Sequence record: NC_049824.1
DNA length: 50,709 nucleotides
Reading direction: 5' to 3' (one strand)
Origin: Escherichia phage vojen
The notes under the pieces are model-generated. The model was not told the origin of the DNA. It ran no database searches and saw only the letters and a program-made list of their open reading frames with translations. The position numbers were made by a program, and so were the translations under genes. Positions 7,509 to 16,411 of the stretch are shown here, one piece after another (positions within the stretch are counted from its first letter, which is position 1; each line of letters begins with the position of its first letter).

Positions 7509-7551
7509 TGTTAACCGCGCCGCTTAGGTGGCGCTAAAAGGAGGAAACAAA

Positions 7552-7839
7552 ATGGCTAAAAGCAATCGTAAAATGTTGATTAACGCATTCGAAAAGGCAG
7601 CGCTTGAGCGTGGTTGGAATGACTCATTTCACACGGCAAACTGTATCCGACGTTACGGATTCAAGAATTGCCGATCCTGGGCGCGTCAAATGGCTTCATG
7701 GTATGATCTTGATGCGCATTACCTTGATATGGATTGCGCTCTGGTTGAAATGATTGAGCAGGCAGCATTAGAGGATCGACCATTAACGCAATCTGATTTT
7801 GACGATTTTGTGCGCGATGAAATCTATTACATGAGCTAA
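7552..7839 (+). CDS. hypothetical protein (95 aa)
   Basis: Start moved to ATG with AAGGAGG RBS; TAA stop abuts the next motif copy. Confidence 0.55.
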   Translation: MAKSNRKMLINAFEKAALERGWNDSFHTANCIRRYGFKNCRSWARQMASWYDLDAHYLDMDCALVEMIEQAALEDRPLTQSDFDDFVRDEIYYMS

Positions 7840-7858
7840 TAGCACTTTTTGTTAAAAC
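7839..7858 (+). promoter_or_regulatory. Conserved 20-bp element ATAGCACTTTTTGTTAAAAC
   Basis: Exact motif sharing a base with the upstream TAA; TAAAGT-like hexamer at an 18-bp gap. Confidence 0.5.
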
Positions 7859-7914
7859 TTCCGCGAGGGCATTTGTTAAAGTGTCCTCATTGAAGCGAAA
7901 CAGAGGAAATCAAA

Positions 7915-8127
7915 ATGAAAATTCGAATCACCAGGGTTGACATTGACCGCAACGACGGAAGCATTACCCTTGAGCAATGCGGGTTCAAAGTTGGTGACAT
8001 TGTAGAGGTTGACGGATTCTTTCGCGATGGCTCTTACTGCGTGTTAGCAATCCGCAACACAGAAGAAATTCGAATCGGTGATAACATCGGCGTAAATCAT
8101 GACGAATGCGAGGTAGTAGAAGAATGA
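7915..8127 (+). CDS. hypothetical protein (70 aa)
   Basis: ORF with AGAGGAAA RBS. Confidence 0.55.
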   Translation: MKIRITRVDIDRNDGSITLEQCGFKVGDIVEVDGFFRDGSYCVLAIRNTEEIRIGDNIGVNHDECEVVEE

Positions 8128-8375
8128 TCACGATTAACCTTTCAGAAGAACAAGCAAAGAAACTCCTGCATGCTGTAGGTTCTCGTGCACTTTGCGGATC
8201 AACTGATGAAATGATGATTGATCATGATGTTGCAAGAGAGCTTTTTACTCAGCTTGAGCAAAAATTCTCACCACGTCCGACTGACGCGGCAGAAACTGCA
8301 AAATGGCTTGCTGAGAATGGATACACGGCTTTAAAAGTTCACAACTGGAAGCGAAAGCGCAAAAAAGACTGTTGA
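8124..8375 (+). CDS. hypothetical protein (83 aa)
   Basis: Start moved to ATG overlapping the upstream stop. Confidence 0.45.
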   Translation: MITINLSEEQAKKLLHAVGSRALCGSTDEMMIDHDVARELFTQLEQKFSPRPTDAAETAKWLAENGYTALKVHNWKRKRKKDC

Positions 8376-8429
8376 TCGTGTATCTGGTGTTGTTTCTCGC
8401 TGCATTATGGTTGATGTGGAGAAATTAAA

Positions 8430-8741
8430 ATGATTTATATTCACACTTACGGGATCGGGAAATTTGCCAACAAGCAGATCCGAAATATTTACGACACGCT
8501 AGACGATGCGAAAGCACAGCAACGCGTTTTGGGTGGTGTAATTCAGGCTTTTGAGTTAGTGGAAGACATAGAGCGCCGAGAGCATTTGAAAGAGATTATT
8601 GTTGATGAAATTTCATCACTAATCGACGACATGACAAATCACGGGCCTGGTTCTCCGTGGGAAGAAGCCGGATCGACGGAGTGGGATTGCGCTAAAGTTG
8701 CAACGCTTAACAACTTTCGTGAGTTGCTCGACGATTTTTAA
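8430..8741 (+). CDS. acidic hypothetical protein (103 aa)
   Basis: ORF with GGAGA RBS; D/E-rich composition. Confidence 0.55.
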   Translation: MIYIHTYGIGKFANKQIRNIYDTLDDAKAQQRVLGGVIQAFELVEDIERREHLKEIIVDEISSLIDDMTNHGPGSPWEEAGSTEWDCAKVATLNNFRELLDDF

Positions 8742-8750
8742 TTAAAATTG

Positions 8751-8797
8751 AATGCCTCACACAGCGAACAGGGCGCATTTTGACGAGGCATTTTTTA
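8751..8797 (+). terminator. Putative intrinsic terminator (long-loop hairpin + T-run)
   Basis: ATGCCTC...GAGGCAT inverted repeat followed by TTTTTT. Confidence 0.35.
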
Positions 8798-8811
8798 GGT
8801 AAGGTGATTTA

Positions 8812-8940
8812 ATGGATAACTACATAAAACCGTCGCAGTGGCGCGCACAGATGCAAGAGCAAGCATTAGAGCGCGGCGACACTGAAACGGCAATGCACTA
8901 TTTCGAAATGTACAACTTGTGGAAGGATAGGGGTCTGTAA
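8812..8940 (+). CDS. small hypothetical protein (42 aa)
   Basis: Short ORF with AGGTGA RBS; stop overlaps the next start. Confidence 0.3.
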   Translation: MDNYIKPSQWRAQMQEQALERGDTETAMHYFEMYNLWKDRGL

Positions 8941-9170
8941 TGTTTGGAATGAACGAAGCACAATTCAACGCTGCAAAACGCCAGGCTAAGAAGTGCGGCG
9001 AGGCAATGAAGGCGGATGTTGAAAAGCGAGGGAAGTATGTTGATGAAGTCATGAAGGGCATTATTGCCGAACATTATCAGCCAGTTGCGCCAATGCTGAC
9101 AATTACCCAATTCATCTGGTTGTGTGGTTATCTTCGTGGGAGGTGGGGAAACGCATTTGACCGCGAATGA
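8940..9170 (+). CDS. hypothetical protein (76 aa)
   Basis: ORF with TAATG overlap to the upstream small ORF. Confidence 0.5.
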   Translation: MFGMNEAQFNAAKRQAKKCGEAMKADVEKRGKYVDEVMKGIIAEHYQPVAPMLTITQFIWLCGYLRGRWGNAFDRE

Positions 9171-9305
9171 TTGACAACGATTTCCTGATTGGTTAGCATA
9201 TTCAGCGTTTACATAAGAGCGGCATTAGTGCCGAACGGGTGGCGCGGTTGCCACGCAACAACGGCGATATGCAGGTTTTTACCGTAAGACGTATCGCCTT
9301 TTTTT
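9171..9305 (+). ncRNA. Candidate small RNA unit (promoter-like hexamers, structured ~100 nt, terminator)
   Basis: TTGACA, 17-bp spacer, TAGCAT; no ORF; local stems (GTGGC...GCCAC); GGCGATA...TATCGCC hairpin followed by TTTTTTT. Confidence 0.3.
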
Positions 9306-9317
9306 ATAGGTGAATAT

Positions 9318-9551
9318 ATGGAAAAGTACAAATTAACTTTCATGTTTGACAGTATGGTGATGAATCCATTAAATGGTTACGCTTGCAATAGCTTTTCTGT
9401 TACCGTGAATGAGGATGAAATTGATGATGATGGTAAATTTATTCGAATAGGTGATTACATTTATCCTATTCACAATATCAATTGCATCAAGCGCGAGATT
9501 GTTAAAGATGAAGTACAAAGTAAAGCTGACAATCAGACGAATGGGGCGTAA
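9318..9551 (+). CDS. hypothetical protein in AT-rich cassette (77 aa)
   Basis: ORF with AGGTGA RBS; visibly more AT-rich than flanking genes. Confidence 0.5.
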   Translation: MEKYKLTFMFDSMVMNPLNGYACNSFSVTVNEDEIDDDGKFIRIGDYIYPIHNINCIKREIVKDEVQSKADNQTNGA

Positions 9552-9689
9552 TTGCCAGTCATGTAGGCAGGATTTTGAATGCGAGATTTCAGCGCAAAAT
9601 CCTGTTGACGCGATTCAATGTGCTAAAGTTATATCAGGTGCAGATCCAGAGACGCATCAATTTTCAATCAATTTTGTAAGGGAAGTATC

Positions 9690-9923
9690 ATGTTAAACTT
9701 AATTTCTGCTTTTGTTATTGGTTTTGTTCTTGCTGTGATTATTCTGCTTATCGCGTCGGAAAAGATTTGCAAATTTCTTGCTAAGAACGGGAAGTTTGCA
9801 AGCGCGACATGGAATAACAAGATGCAGCGATGGGATGTGCGCGGTCACTATCTGACGATCGGTAGCAAAATCCATCAGCATCTGAAGAATCAAGAAGATG
9901 AAAAAGTAAAATACAAGTGTTGA
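9690..9923 (+). CDS. small membrane protein (77 aa, N-terminal TM helix)
   Basis: N-terminal hydrophobic segment ISAFVIGFVLAVIILLIA; AT-rich. Confidence 0.5.
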   Translation: MLNLISAFVIGFVLAVIILLIASEKICKFLAKNGKFASATWNNKMQRWDVRGHYLTIGSKIHQHLKNQEDEKVKYKC

Positions 9924-9930
9924 ACAACTA

Positions 9931-9955
9931 CCCGCCAAATGGCGGGTTTTTTATT
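9931..9955 (+). terminator. Rho-independent terminator
   Basis: CCCGCC-AAAT-GGCGGG hairpin followed by TTTTTTATT. Confidence 0.8.
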
Positions 9956-10003
9956 GCCTGCAATTTGTCTATAATGATGCTTTGTTATAAAGGAGGGCGC
10001 ATT

Positions 10004-10525
10004 ATGGCTAAAAACGTTGAGCCAGCAGTAAAGGCTTGCAATTTTAAAAAACTATATAATAAGCAATATGGCGATATAGCAAAAATGACAAAGGCGCACA
10101 AGTACACGCCTGAGCAGGTATTTGATCTGGCTGTTCGTTACTTTACTTGGGCTGAGGAAAACCATATACAGGCTGCGGAAACGGCATCCTTTCAGGGTGA
10201 CGTGTACGAAAGCAAGATTCACAAGCCGCGCGTGTTCACCTTAAACGGATTCCGATTATTCGCTGGCCTTTCTGCTTCCGTACTTGAAAAATGGCGACGT
10301 GAGCCAGGATTCAGCGAGGTTATGGACTTTATCGACGGCGTTGTTTACGAGCAAAAATTCCAGCTTGCCGCAAACAATATTGTTAACGCCGGATTCATTG
10401 GTAAGGAGATCGGCATTGAAAAGCCAGCCACCGTTACCATTGAGAATAACACAAGCGCCAGCGTTGACGCTGTAACGGCGGAGGAAGTCAAAGAGGCGGT
10501 AATTGACATTCTGGAGAAGATATAA
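10004..10525 (+). CDS. putative terminase small subunit
   Basis: Position immediately upstream of the large terminase with TAATG overlap; AAGGAGGG RBS; TATAAT at 9970-9975 upstream. Confidence 0.5.
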   Translation: MAKNVEPAVKACNFKKLYNKQYGDIAKMTKAHKYTPEQVFDLAVRYFTWAEENHIQAAETASFQGDVYESKIHKPRVFTLNGFRLFAGLSASVLEKWRREPGFSEVMDFIDGVVYEQKFQLAANNIVNAGFIGKEIGIEKPATVTIENNTSASVDAVTAEEVKEAVIDILEKI

Positions 10526-12093
10526 TGCTGATTTGGGAAGACTTAACAGCGGCGCAAAAACGCGCCGTTAAGGAAATGAGCGAATATTCATTCGAAAAGA
10601 TGATCCGCATTTGGTTTCAACTTCTCCAGGGGCAAAGGTTCTTAGGAAACTGGCATTTCAGTTACCTATGCAGCGAAGTTGAAAAAATCATCAAAGGCGA
10701 GTCACAGAATGTAATTTTCAACATAACGCCAGGTAGTGGTAAAACAGAGATATTCTCGATCCATATGTCACCTTATGCGTCATTGAAAAGTAAGAAGGTG
10801 AGAAATCTTAATTTGTCGTTTAGTGATGGCCTTGTCCAGCAGAACAGCAACCGCATCAAAGAGATTATTGGTTCTCCAGAATGGCAGGAGTTATGGCCTG
10901 GAAAGCTGGCAAAGGCGAGCGCAAAGGATTTGATTGTAACCGATGGCGGCAAGGTTAAATTGCAAGTTAACTCGCGTTCTATCGGTGGTCAGGTTACTGG
11001 TCTGCGTGGCGGCTACATGGACGATGGATTTACTGGTATGCTGGTTCTTGACGATCCAGACAAGCCGGATGACATGCTTTCTAAGGTGAAGCGCGAAGCC
11101 GGACACATGCGCCTAAAGAACACGGTGCGATCGCGTCGAATGAAAGACACTACGCCAATTGTGATGGTTCAGCAACGTCTACACGTCAATGATTCAACAT
11201 GGTTCATGACAAACGGCGGCATGGGCGGCATCCAGTTTAAGGTGGTCAGTATTCCGGCGCTCGTTACTAAGGAATATCGCGAAACGCTTCCTGATTGGTT
11301 AAAGCCTGAGTTTGATCGCGATGTTTTGTCCAGTAAGCCAGTGATGATTGATGGCGTTGCTCATTATTCATTCTGGCCTGCTAAGGAAAGCGCGGAGGAA
11401 TTACTTGCACTTCGCAATGCTGATCCTTACACGTTCGCTAGTCAGTATCAGCAACAGCCTGTTGCGCTTGGCGGTAACGTGTTTAAAACAGAGTGGTTTC
11501 AGTATTACGGCAGCAGCGAGAAATGCACGCTACCAAAACCGGATCGCTTTGAATATACATTTATCACGGTTGATACCGCACAGAAAACAGGGGAGCTTAA
11601 CGACTACTCCGTGATCTGTTATTGGGGGATGTATAAAGATCGCGTTTACTTCATTGATGGTGTTCGCGGAAAATGGGAAGCACCAGACCTTGAGACTAAT
11701 TTTGTTGCGTTCGTTAATCAGTGCTGGAAGCGCAATAAAGAATGCGGAACGTTGCGAAGGATTCATGTTGAAGATAAGTCATCTGGCACTGGCTTGATTC
11801 AGAGCGCAGCGAAAAAAATCATGATCAAGATTAATCCCGTTCAGCGAGATAAAGATAAGGTTACGCGAGCAATGGACGCAGCGCCAGTAATGCGCGCCGG
11901 ACGCGTAGCACTTCCAGAATCGCATCCTATGCTGGCTGAGATACTAGCTGAAGTTGCGGCGTTCACATTCGATGATTCGCATCCTAATGATGATATTGTT
12001 GATAACATCATTGATGCGGTTAACATTGAAATGAACATGGCAGATGATCCGGTTGGAAGAATGAAAAAATTGGCAGGTTTGCGGAACAAATAG
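10525..12093 (+). CDS. terL: terminase large subunit
   Basis: Walker A-like PGSGKTE, Walker B-like LVLDDPD, C-terminal nuclease-like region, 522 aa, followed by portal. Confidence 0.85.
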   Translation: MLIWEDLTAAQKRAVKEMSEYSFEKMIRIWFQLLQGQRFLGNWHFSYLCSEVEKIIKGESQNVIFNITPGSGKTEIFSIHMSPYASLKSKKVRNLNLSFSDGLVQQNSNRIKEIIGSPEWQELWPGKLAKASAKDLIVTDGGKVKLQVNSRSIGGQVTGLRGGYMDDGFTGMLVLDDPDKPDDMLSKVKREAGHMRLKNTVRSRRMKDTTPIVMVQQRLHVNDSTWFMTNGGMGGIQFKVVSIPALVTKEYRETLPDWLKPEFDRDVLSSKPVMIDGVAHYSFWPAKESAEELLALRNADPYTFASQYQQQPVALGGNVFKTEWFQYYGSSEKCTLPKPDRFEYTFITVDTAQKTGELNDYSVICYWGMYKDRVYFIDGVRGKWEAPDLETNFVAFVNQCWKRNKECGTLRRIHVEDKSSGTGLIQSAAKKIMIKINPVQRDKDKVTRAMDAAPVMRAGRVALPESHPMLAEILAEVAAFTFDDSHPNDDIVDNIIDAVNIEMNMADDPVGRMKKLAGLRNK

Positions 12094-12109
12094 CACGAAT
12101 CGACAAACC
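12090..12109 (+). promoter_or_regulatory. Degenerate copy of the conserved element (ATAGCACGAATCGACAAACC)
   Basis: Overlaps the terL TAG stop; TATAAT follows after only 4 bp, so geometry differs from canonical copies. Confidence 0.3.
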
Positions 12110-12122
12110 AATATATAATCAA

Positions 12123-12148
12123 AGGCTGGTTAATCCAGCCTTTTTTAT
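12123..12148 (+). terminator. Rho-independent terminator
   Basis: AGGCTGG-TTAAT-CCAGCCT hairpin followed by TTTTTTATT. Confidence 0.8.
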
Positions 12149-12161
12149 TGGAGGAAAGATA

Positions 12162-13442
12162 ATGAGTAAATCACGAATCGTTAAGGCCGATGGCTATAAC
12201 GAGATCTTTAAAGGCGAGAATTGCAAATCGCGAGTAGAGCAACCATTCTACATGCAATCAATGCCATACAAGACGCTTGCTGACTTTTACGAAAAAGATG
12301 GCCTGGCAAAAAGGGTTATTGACGTAGTACCAGAGGAAATGGTTTCCCCTGGCTTTACGGTTGACGGCGTGGCAGACGAGGCAGCATTCCGTTCTTTGTG
12401 GGATGAGAAGCGATTGAATGCAAAAATTATTGATGCGCTTTGCTGGTCGCGTTTGTTTGGTGGATCTGCAATCATTGCTCTTGTTCAGGATGGGCGAGCG
12501 CTCAAATCACCTGTAAAGCCTGGTGCCATGTTGGAGGATGTGCGAGTTTACGATCGCTATCAGATTCGCGTTGAAGCGCGCGAAACTAATCCCCGCAAGG
12601 TTCGCTATGGTGAGCCAGTGCTTTACACTGTAACGCCAGGCGGAGACTTGCCGGAATACCAGGTACACTACACGCGCGTTTGCATTATCGACGGTGAGCG
12701 GATACCTAACGCAAAGCGACGCAGCAATGATGGCTGGGGTGAGTCAGTTCTTAACAAGCGGCTTGTTGAGGCTATTGTTGATTATAACTATTGTGAAACA
12801 TTGGCAACGCAATTATTGCGGCGGAAGCAACAGGCGGTATGGAAGGCTAAAGGACTCGCTGACTTGTGCGATGATGAGGAAGGTGTTAGCGCGGCACGCC
12901 TGAGACTTGCGCAGGTTGACGACGAGGGCGGCGTAGGCAAGGCCATTGGTATTGATGCTGAGGATGAGGAATATGATGTTCTTAACTCTGACATTAGCGG
13001 AGTTGATTCTTTTCTGGAAAAGAAAATGGATCGCATAGTTTCCCTTTCAGGTATTCATGAAATCATCCTGAAAAATAAAAACGTTGGCGGCGTTAGCGCA
13101 AGCCAAAACACGGCGCTTGAAACATTCTATAAGCTGATTGAACGAAAACGCGTTGAGGATTACAAGCCTATCCTTGAATTTCTATTGCCGTTCATCATTA
13201 GTGAGCAGGAGTGGAGCATTGAGTTTTCACCTTTGAGTGTGCCTAGCGATAAAGATCAGGCTGAAATTCTGAATAAGAATATCGACTCAATCAGCAAGGC
13301 TATTGATGGTCAGTTACTTGATGTTGAAGAAGCGCGCGACACGTTGCGAGCAATCGCCCCAAGCGTTAAACTAAAGGACACTAATAAAATCAAGCTGCCG
13401 GAGCCAACGGAGCCGGAGCCAGGCACGCAGGGGAATGAGTAA
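12162..13442 (+). CDS. portal protein
   Basis: 426-aa ORF directly downstream of terL and upstream of the head-morphogenesis gene; GGAGGAAAG RBS. Confidence 0.7.
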   Translation: MSKSRIVKADGYNEIFKGENCKSRVEQPFYMQSMPYKTLADFYEKDGLAKRVIDVVPEEMVSPGFTVDGVADEAAFRSLWDEKRLNAKIIDALCWSRLFGGSAIIALVQDGRALKSPVKPGAMLEDVRVYDRYQIRVEARETNPRKVRYGEPVLYTVTPGGDLPEYQVHYTRVCIIDGERIPNAKRRSNDGWGESVLNKRLVEAIVDYNYCETLATQLLRRKQQAVWKAKGLADLCDDEEGVSAARLRLAQVDDEGGVGKAIGIDAEDEEYDVLNSDISGVDSFLEKKMDRIVSLSGIHEIILKNKNVGGVSASQNTALETFYKLIERKRVEDYKPILEFLLPFIISEQEWSIEFSPLSVPSDKDQAEILNKNIDSISKAIDGQLLDVEEARDTLRAIAPSVKLKDTNKIKLPEPTEPEPGTQGNE

Positions 13443-14206
13443 TGAAAGTGAAAGGCGTTGTTAAACAATGGCGCTTTCCTGAAGCAAGCGAGCGGCAATT
13501 TAGCCGCTCAATTCAGGAGGCAATTAGAGATCTTGTTGTTCTCATGCGCAAGCGAACAAAAGCGATGAAGTTTGACGCAACAGATAATGAGATCAACAGC
13601 GCAGAAGATGAAATTAACAGCCTGGCAACTGACCTTATAGCTGGCATTGTTTCCACTCTTCCTGCAATCGCGTTGACCATTTATAAATTCAATGCGAAGC
13701 AGTTTATCAATGTTGCCAAGTCAACAGGCGGAAAGGATAACACGGCGGTAATTGTTTTGATCGCGATTGGCGCTAACGCTAACGAGGAGTGGTATCATAC
13801 GCTTTACGGTCAATGGCACGGCCTTACAGAATCATCGCTAAGGAAGCTATTCACAAATATTGTGTCTGACTGGTCAACAAACATTCGCAATGCAAACTTT
13901 CGCGGAAGCAATGATAAACAGGTTAATGATCTTGCAGAAAAGAGATTTGCTGTTTATAGCTCTTGGGGTAAAACGAGATCAGAAAACATTATCGGAGCGT
14001 GGAATAGTCGCCTGATGCGCCAGCGCCTTTATGATGCTAAGGTAACTCATTATTTCTGGCATGGGATGTTAGATGATAGAGAGCGATTGCAGCATGTATT
14101 ATGGGAAGGTAAAAGAATAGCGCTTGATGCAATTCATGATTTCCCTGGTGAGCCGTGGGGTTGCCGTTGCTGGGCGATTCCAGATTGGAATAATAAAGGA
14201 GAGTAA
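13442..14206 (+). CDS. head morphogenesis protein (Mu F / SPP1 gp7-like)
   Basis: Position after portal; C-terminal region with conserved Cys pair (GCRCW). Confidence 0.6.
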   Translation: MKVKGVVKQWRFPEASERQFSRSIQEAIRDLVVLMRKRTKAMKFDATDNEINSAEDEINSLATDLIAGIVSTLPAIALTIYKFNAKQFINVAKSTGGKDNTAVIVLIAIGANANEEWYHTLYGQWHGLTESSLRKLFTNIVSDWSTNIRNANFRGSNDKQVNDLAEKRFAVYSSWGKTRSENIIGAWNSRLMRQRLYDAKVTHYFWHGMLDDRERLQHVLWEGKRIALDAIHDFPGEPWGCRCWAIPDWNNKGE

Positions 14207-14209
14207 TTA

Positions 14210-15322
14210 ATGAAGGCAAAACAAAGATTTGATAGCGTCCAGGTTAAGGCGCATTTTGATGATAATGGATTTTTAGTGGATCGCCCAATTGTGGCGCGAA
14301 TTGGTTTGCAGGAGTACCGCACACCGTATGGAATCAGACGAGAGTTCCGACCAGCGTCAGAGGTATTTAAGGCTGATTCGCTTGCTACGTTCGCAGGCAA
14401 GCCGATCACTATCGGTCACGTCACGGTAACGCCAGACAATGCGGATCAGGTTGTTGTTGGTTCATGCGCTGGCGCTGGTGTTCCAAATGGTATTGGCGTT
14501 GAAGTTCCGTTAAGCATTTACTCAAAGCGAGCAATTGAGAGCGCAAAAAAGAAAGACACGGCGGAAATTTCAGTTGGTTACACATCGGTTGATATTGACA
14601 AGCCAGGCTGGGGTAATAATAAAACCGGAGATTACTTGTTTGAGGAAGACCTAAATGAAGACTGGAAGCCTGATTCTCCTGATTGGGTTAAATTTGACGC
14701 CATTCAGACGAATATCCGCGTTAATCACATTGCACTTGTCTTTCGTGGTCGTGCTGGCATTGCCAAATTAAATCTTGATAGTGAACAGGATTTTCCGTAT
14801 AGTGACGAGGTTCTAAATGACAAAGGAGATGAGGAAATGACAGTAAAAATTAAACTTGATGGCGCGGTAGAATTTGATGTTCCAAAGGCCGTTGCAGATC
14901 ACATCGAGGCGCTAAAGGCTGATGCAAAAGCTGCAACCGAAAAAGCTGATGGCCTTGAGGCCGAGCGCGACGCCCTGAAAACTAAAGTTGATGGCATTCC
15001 TGCGCAGATTGCAGAAGCTGTTAAGAAGGCAAAGACTGACGCAGAAGAACATGCCAAGCTGGTTGCAGATGCAACTGAAATTGGCATCAAGTGTGACGGC
15101 TTGGACGCTAAAGCGATCAAGGTTGCTTACGTCAAAGAAGTCACTGGCGCTGATATTTCAGAAAAAGCCGATGCATATATTGAAACAGCTTTTGACCTTG
15201 CGAAGCAGTCTGATAAAATGGCGGCGCAGCGTAAATCTGTTAAGGGCTATTCTTTCGGGTCTGGCAAGAGTGAAAAAACCGACTCCCTTGATCCGACTGC
15301 GCGTTTGAAAAAACTTAAATAA
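14210..15322 (+). CDS. putative prohead protease / scaffolding protein
   Basis: 370 aa; Ala/Lys/Glu-rich coiled-coil-like C-terminal half; sits between head-morphogenesis and capsid genes. Confidence 0.5.
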   Translation: MKAKQRFDSVQVKAHFDDNGFLVDRPIVARIGLQEYRTPYGIRREFRPASEVFKADSLATFAGKPITIGHVTVTPDNADQVVVGSCAGAGVPNGIGVEVPLSIYSKRAIESAKKKDTAEISVGYTSVDIDKPGWGNNKTGDYLFEEDLNEDWKPDSPDWVKFDAIQTNIRVNHIALVFRGRAGIAKLNLDSEQDFPYSDEVLNDKGDEEMTVKIKLDGAVEFDVPKAVADHIEALKADAKAATEKADGLEAERDALKTKVDGIPAQIAEAVKKAKTDAEEHAKLVADATEIGIKCDGLDAKAIKVAYVKEVTGADISEKADAYIETAFDLAKQSDKMAAQRKSVKGYSFGSGKSEKTDSLDPTARLKKLK

Positions 15323-15334
15323 GGAGAAATAAAC

Positions 15335-15847
15335 ATGGCTACAATTGGAGCAAGTTATTTTGCTGTAATGTCTCGTGCGTTACCTGGTCAGGTTTCTGAC
15401 ACTTCAGCTTATAATATTGATGGCGCTTGTGTTCTTGAGAATGCAGCAGGCAATCAGAATAAGCCTGTTTTTGTTGGTGTGGCTGTCCAGCATGGCGGCG
15501 TTGATGCTATGGGCAATAAGCTAATTAAGCCGATGGCGGCAAGCGGCAAGGCTTACGGCGTTGCAATTCGATCTCACTTCCAGACAACTTCGGCTGACGG
15601 TCGAATGATTTATGAATCTGGCGGCGGAATCAACGTAATGACTGAAGGGCGTGTTTGGATGTTGGCTAAAGACGCCGCCGCGCCAGCGTTCGGCACTACA
15701 ATCAAACTTTCTGAGGATGGTCAGGTTGATACCGGGTCTGGCACTATCGAAACAAACTGGATCGCGACTGGTGATTTCACCAAGTTTCAAGACTTGAAGC
15801 TGGTAGAGGTTCAGGTGCAAAAAGTTCCTGCAGTTTCAGCAGTTTAA
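15335..15847 (+). CDS. putative head decoration / structural protein (paralog 1)
   Basis: 170 aa; shares motifs with the next ORF (INVMTEGRVWMLAK vs VNVVSRGSVWCLTS); followed by a strong terminator. Confidence 0.45.
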   Translation: MATIGASYFAVMSRALPGQVSDTSAYNIDGACVLENAAGNQNKPVFVGVAVQHGGVDAMGNKLIKPMAASGKAYGVAIRSHFQTTSADGRMIYESGGGINVMTEGRVWMLAKDAAAPAFGTTIKLSEDGQVDTGSGTIETNWIATGDFTKFQDLKLVEVQVQKVPAVSAV

Positions 15848-15854
15848 TAAATAT

Positions 15855-15878
15855 GGCGCTCACTGAGCGCCTTTTTTA
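15855..15878 (+). terminator. Rho-independent terminator
   Basis: GGCGCTC-ACT-GAGCGCC hairpin followed by TTTTTTAT. Confidence 0.8.
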
Positions 15879-15893
15879 TATTTGGAGTTTCTC

Positions 15894-16328
15894 ATGAGTG
15901 ATTATTCAGTCATTGTTGGCGTTGAGTCGCCAGGGTGCATGGTCGATTCTTCAATAATGGTGATTAACGGATCTTTCGTGTGCGGAGATGAATTTATTGC
16001 GCCAGGTAAGATTGTGCGACTATCACATACAACAAATGGATACAAAATAGCCAGTATTAATGGGGGTCTTGTTATTGGCGTGGCAGTAAGGCCGCCGGAC
16101 TCGTGCATATATGAGGAGGGTGATCCAGTTAATGTGGTTAGTAGAGGTAGTGTGTGGTGCTTAACTTCTGAGAGCGAAGCGCCAGAATATGGAGATAAAG
16201 TATTTGTAACGCAAGATGGAGATGCGGCATACAGTGAAGGCGACTTGCTGATTGGTTGGATCTTTACTGGCGAACATGTAAAGGTTGATCATGATTCATA
16301 TATTGTCGGGGTAAGCATTAACGCATAA
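15894..16328 (+). CDS. putative structural protein (paralog 2)
   Basis: Start moved to ATG with GGAG RBS; paralogous to 15335..15847. Confidence 0.45.
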   Translation: MSDYSVIVGVESPGCMVDSSIMVINGSFVCGDEFIAPGKIVRLSHTTNGYKIASINGGLVIGVAVRPPDSCIYEEGDPVNVVSRGSVWCLTSESEAPEYGDKVFVTQDGDAAYSEGDLLIGWIFTGEHVKVDHDSYIVGVSINA

Positions 16329-16345
16329 CACAAAATTATGTTGCA

Positions 16346-16365
16346 CGTTTAACAAAAAATGCTAT
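16346..16365 (-). promoter_or_regulatory. Conserved element, inverted relative to the downstream plus-strand gene
   Basis: Plus strand reads TTTAACAAAAAATGCTAT; orientation is opposite to the canonical arrangement. Confidence 0.4.
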
Positions 16366-16411
16366 CATTGGGGCGTTACATACTAACAGCCTTTATATAT
16401 GGAGGAAGAAA

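Noticed and set aside
9200-9300. Possible tRNA in the structured intergenic segment
   Set aside because: No 7-bp acceptor stem, no T-arm GTTC-type loop and no anticodon arm geometry could be drawn; retained only as a candidate small RNA.
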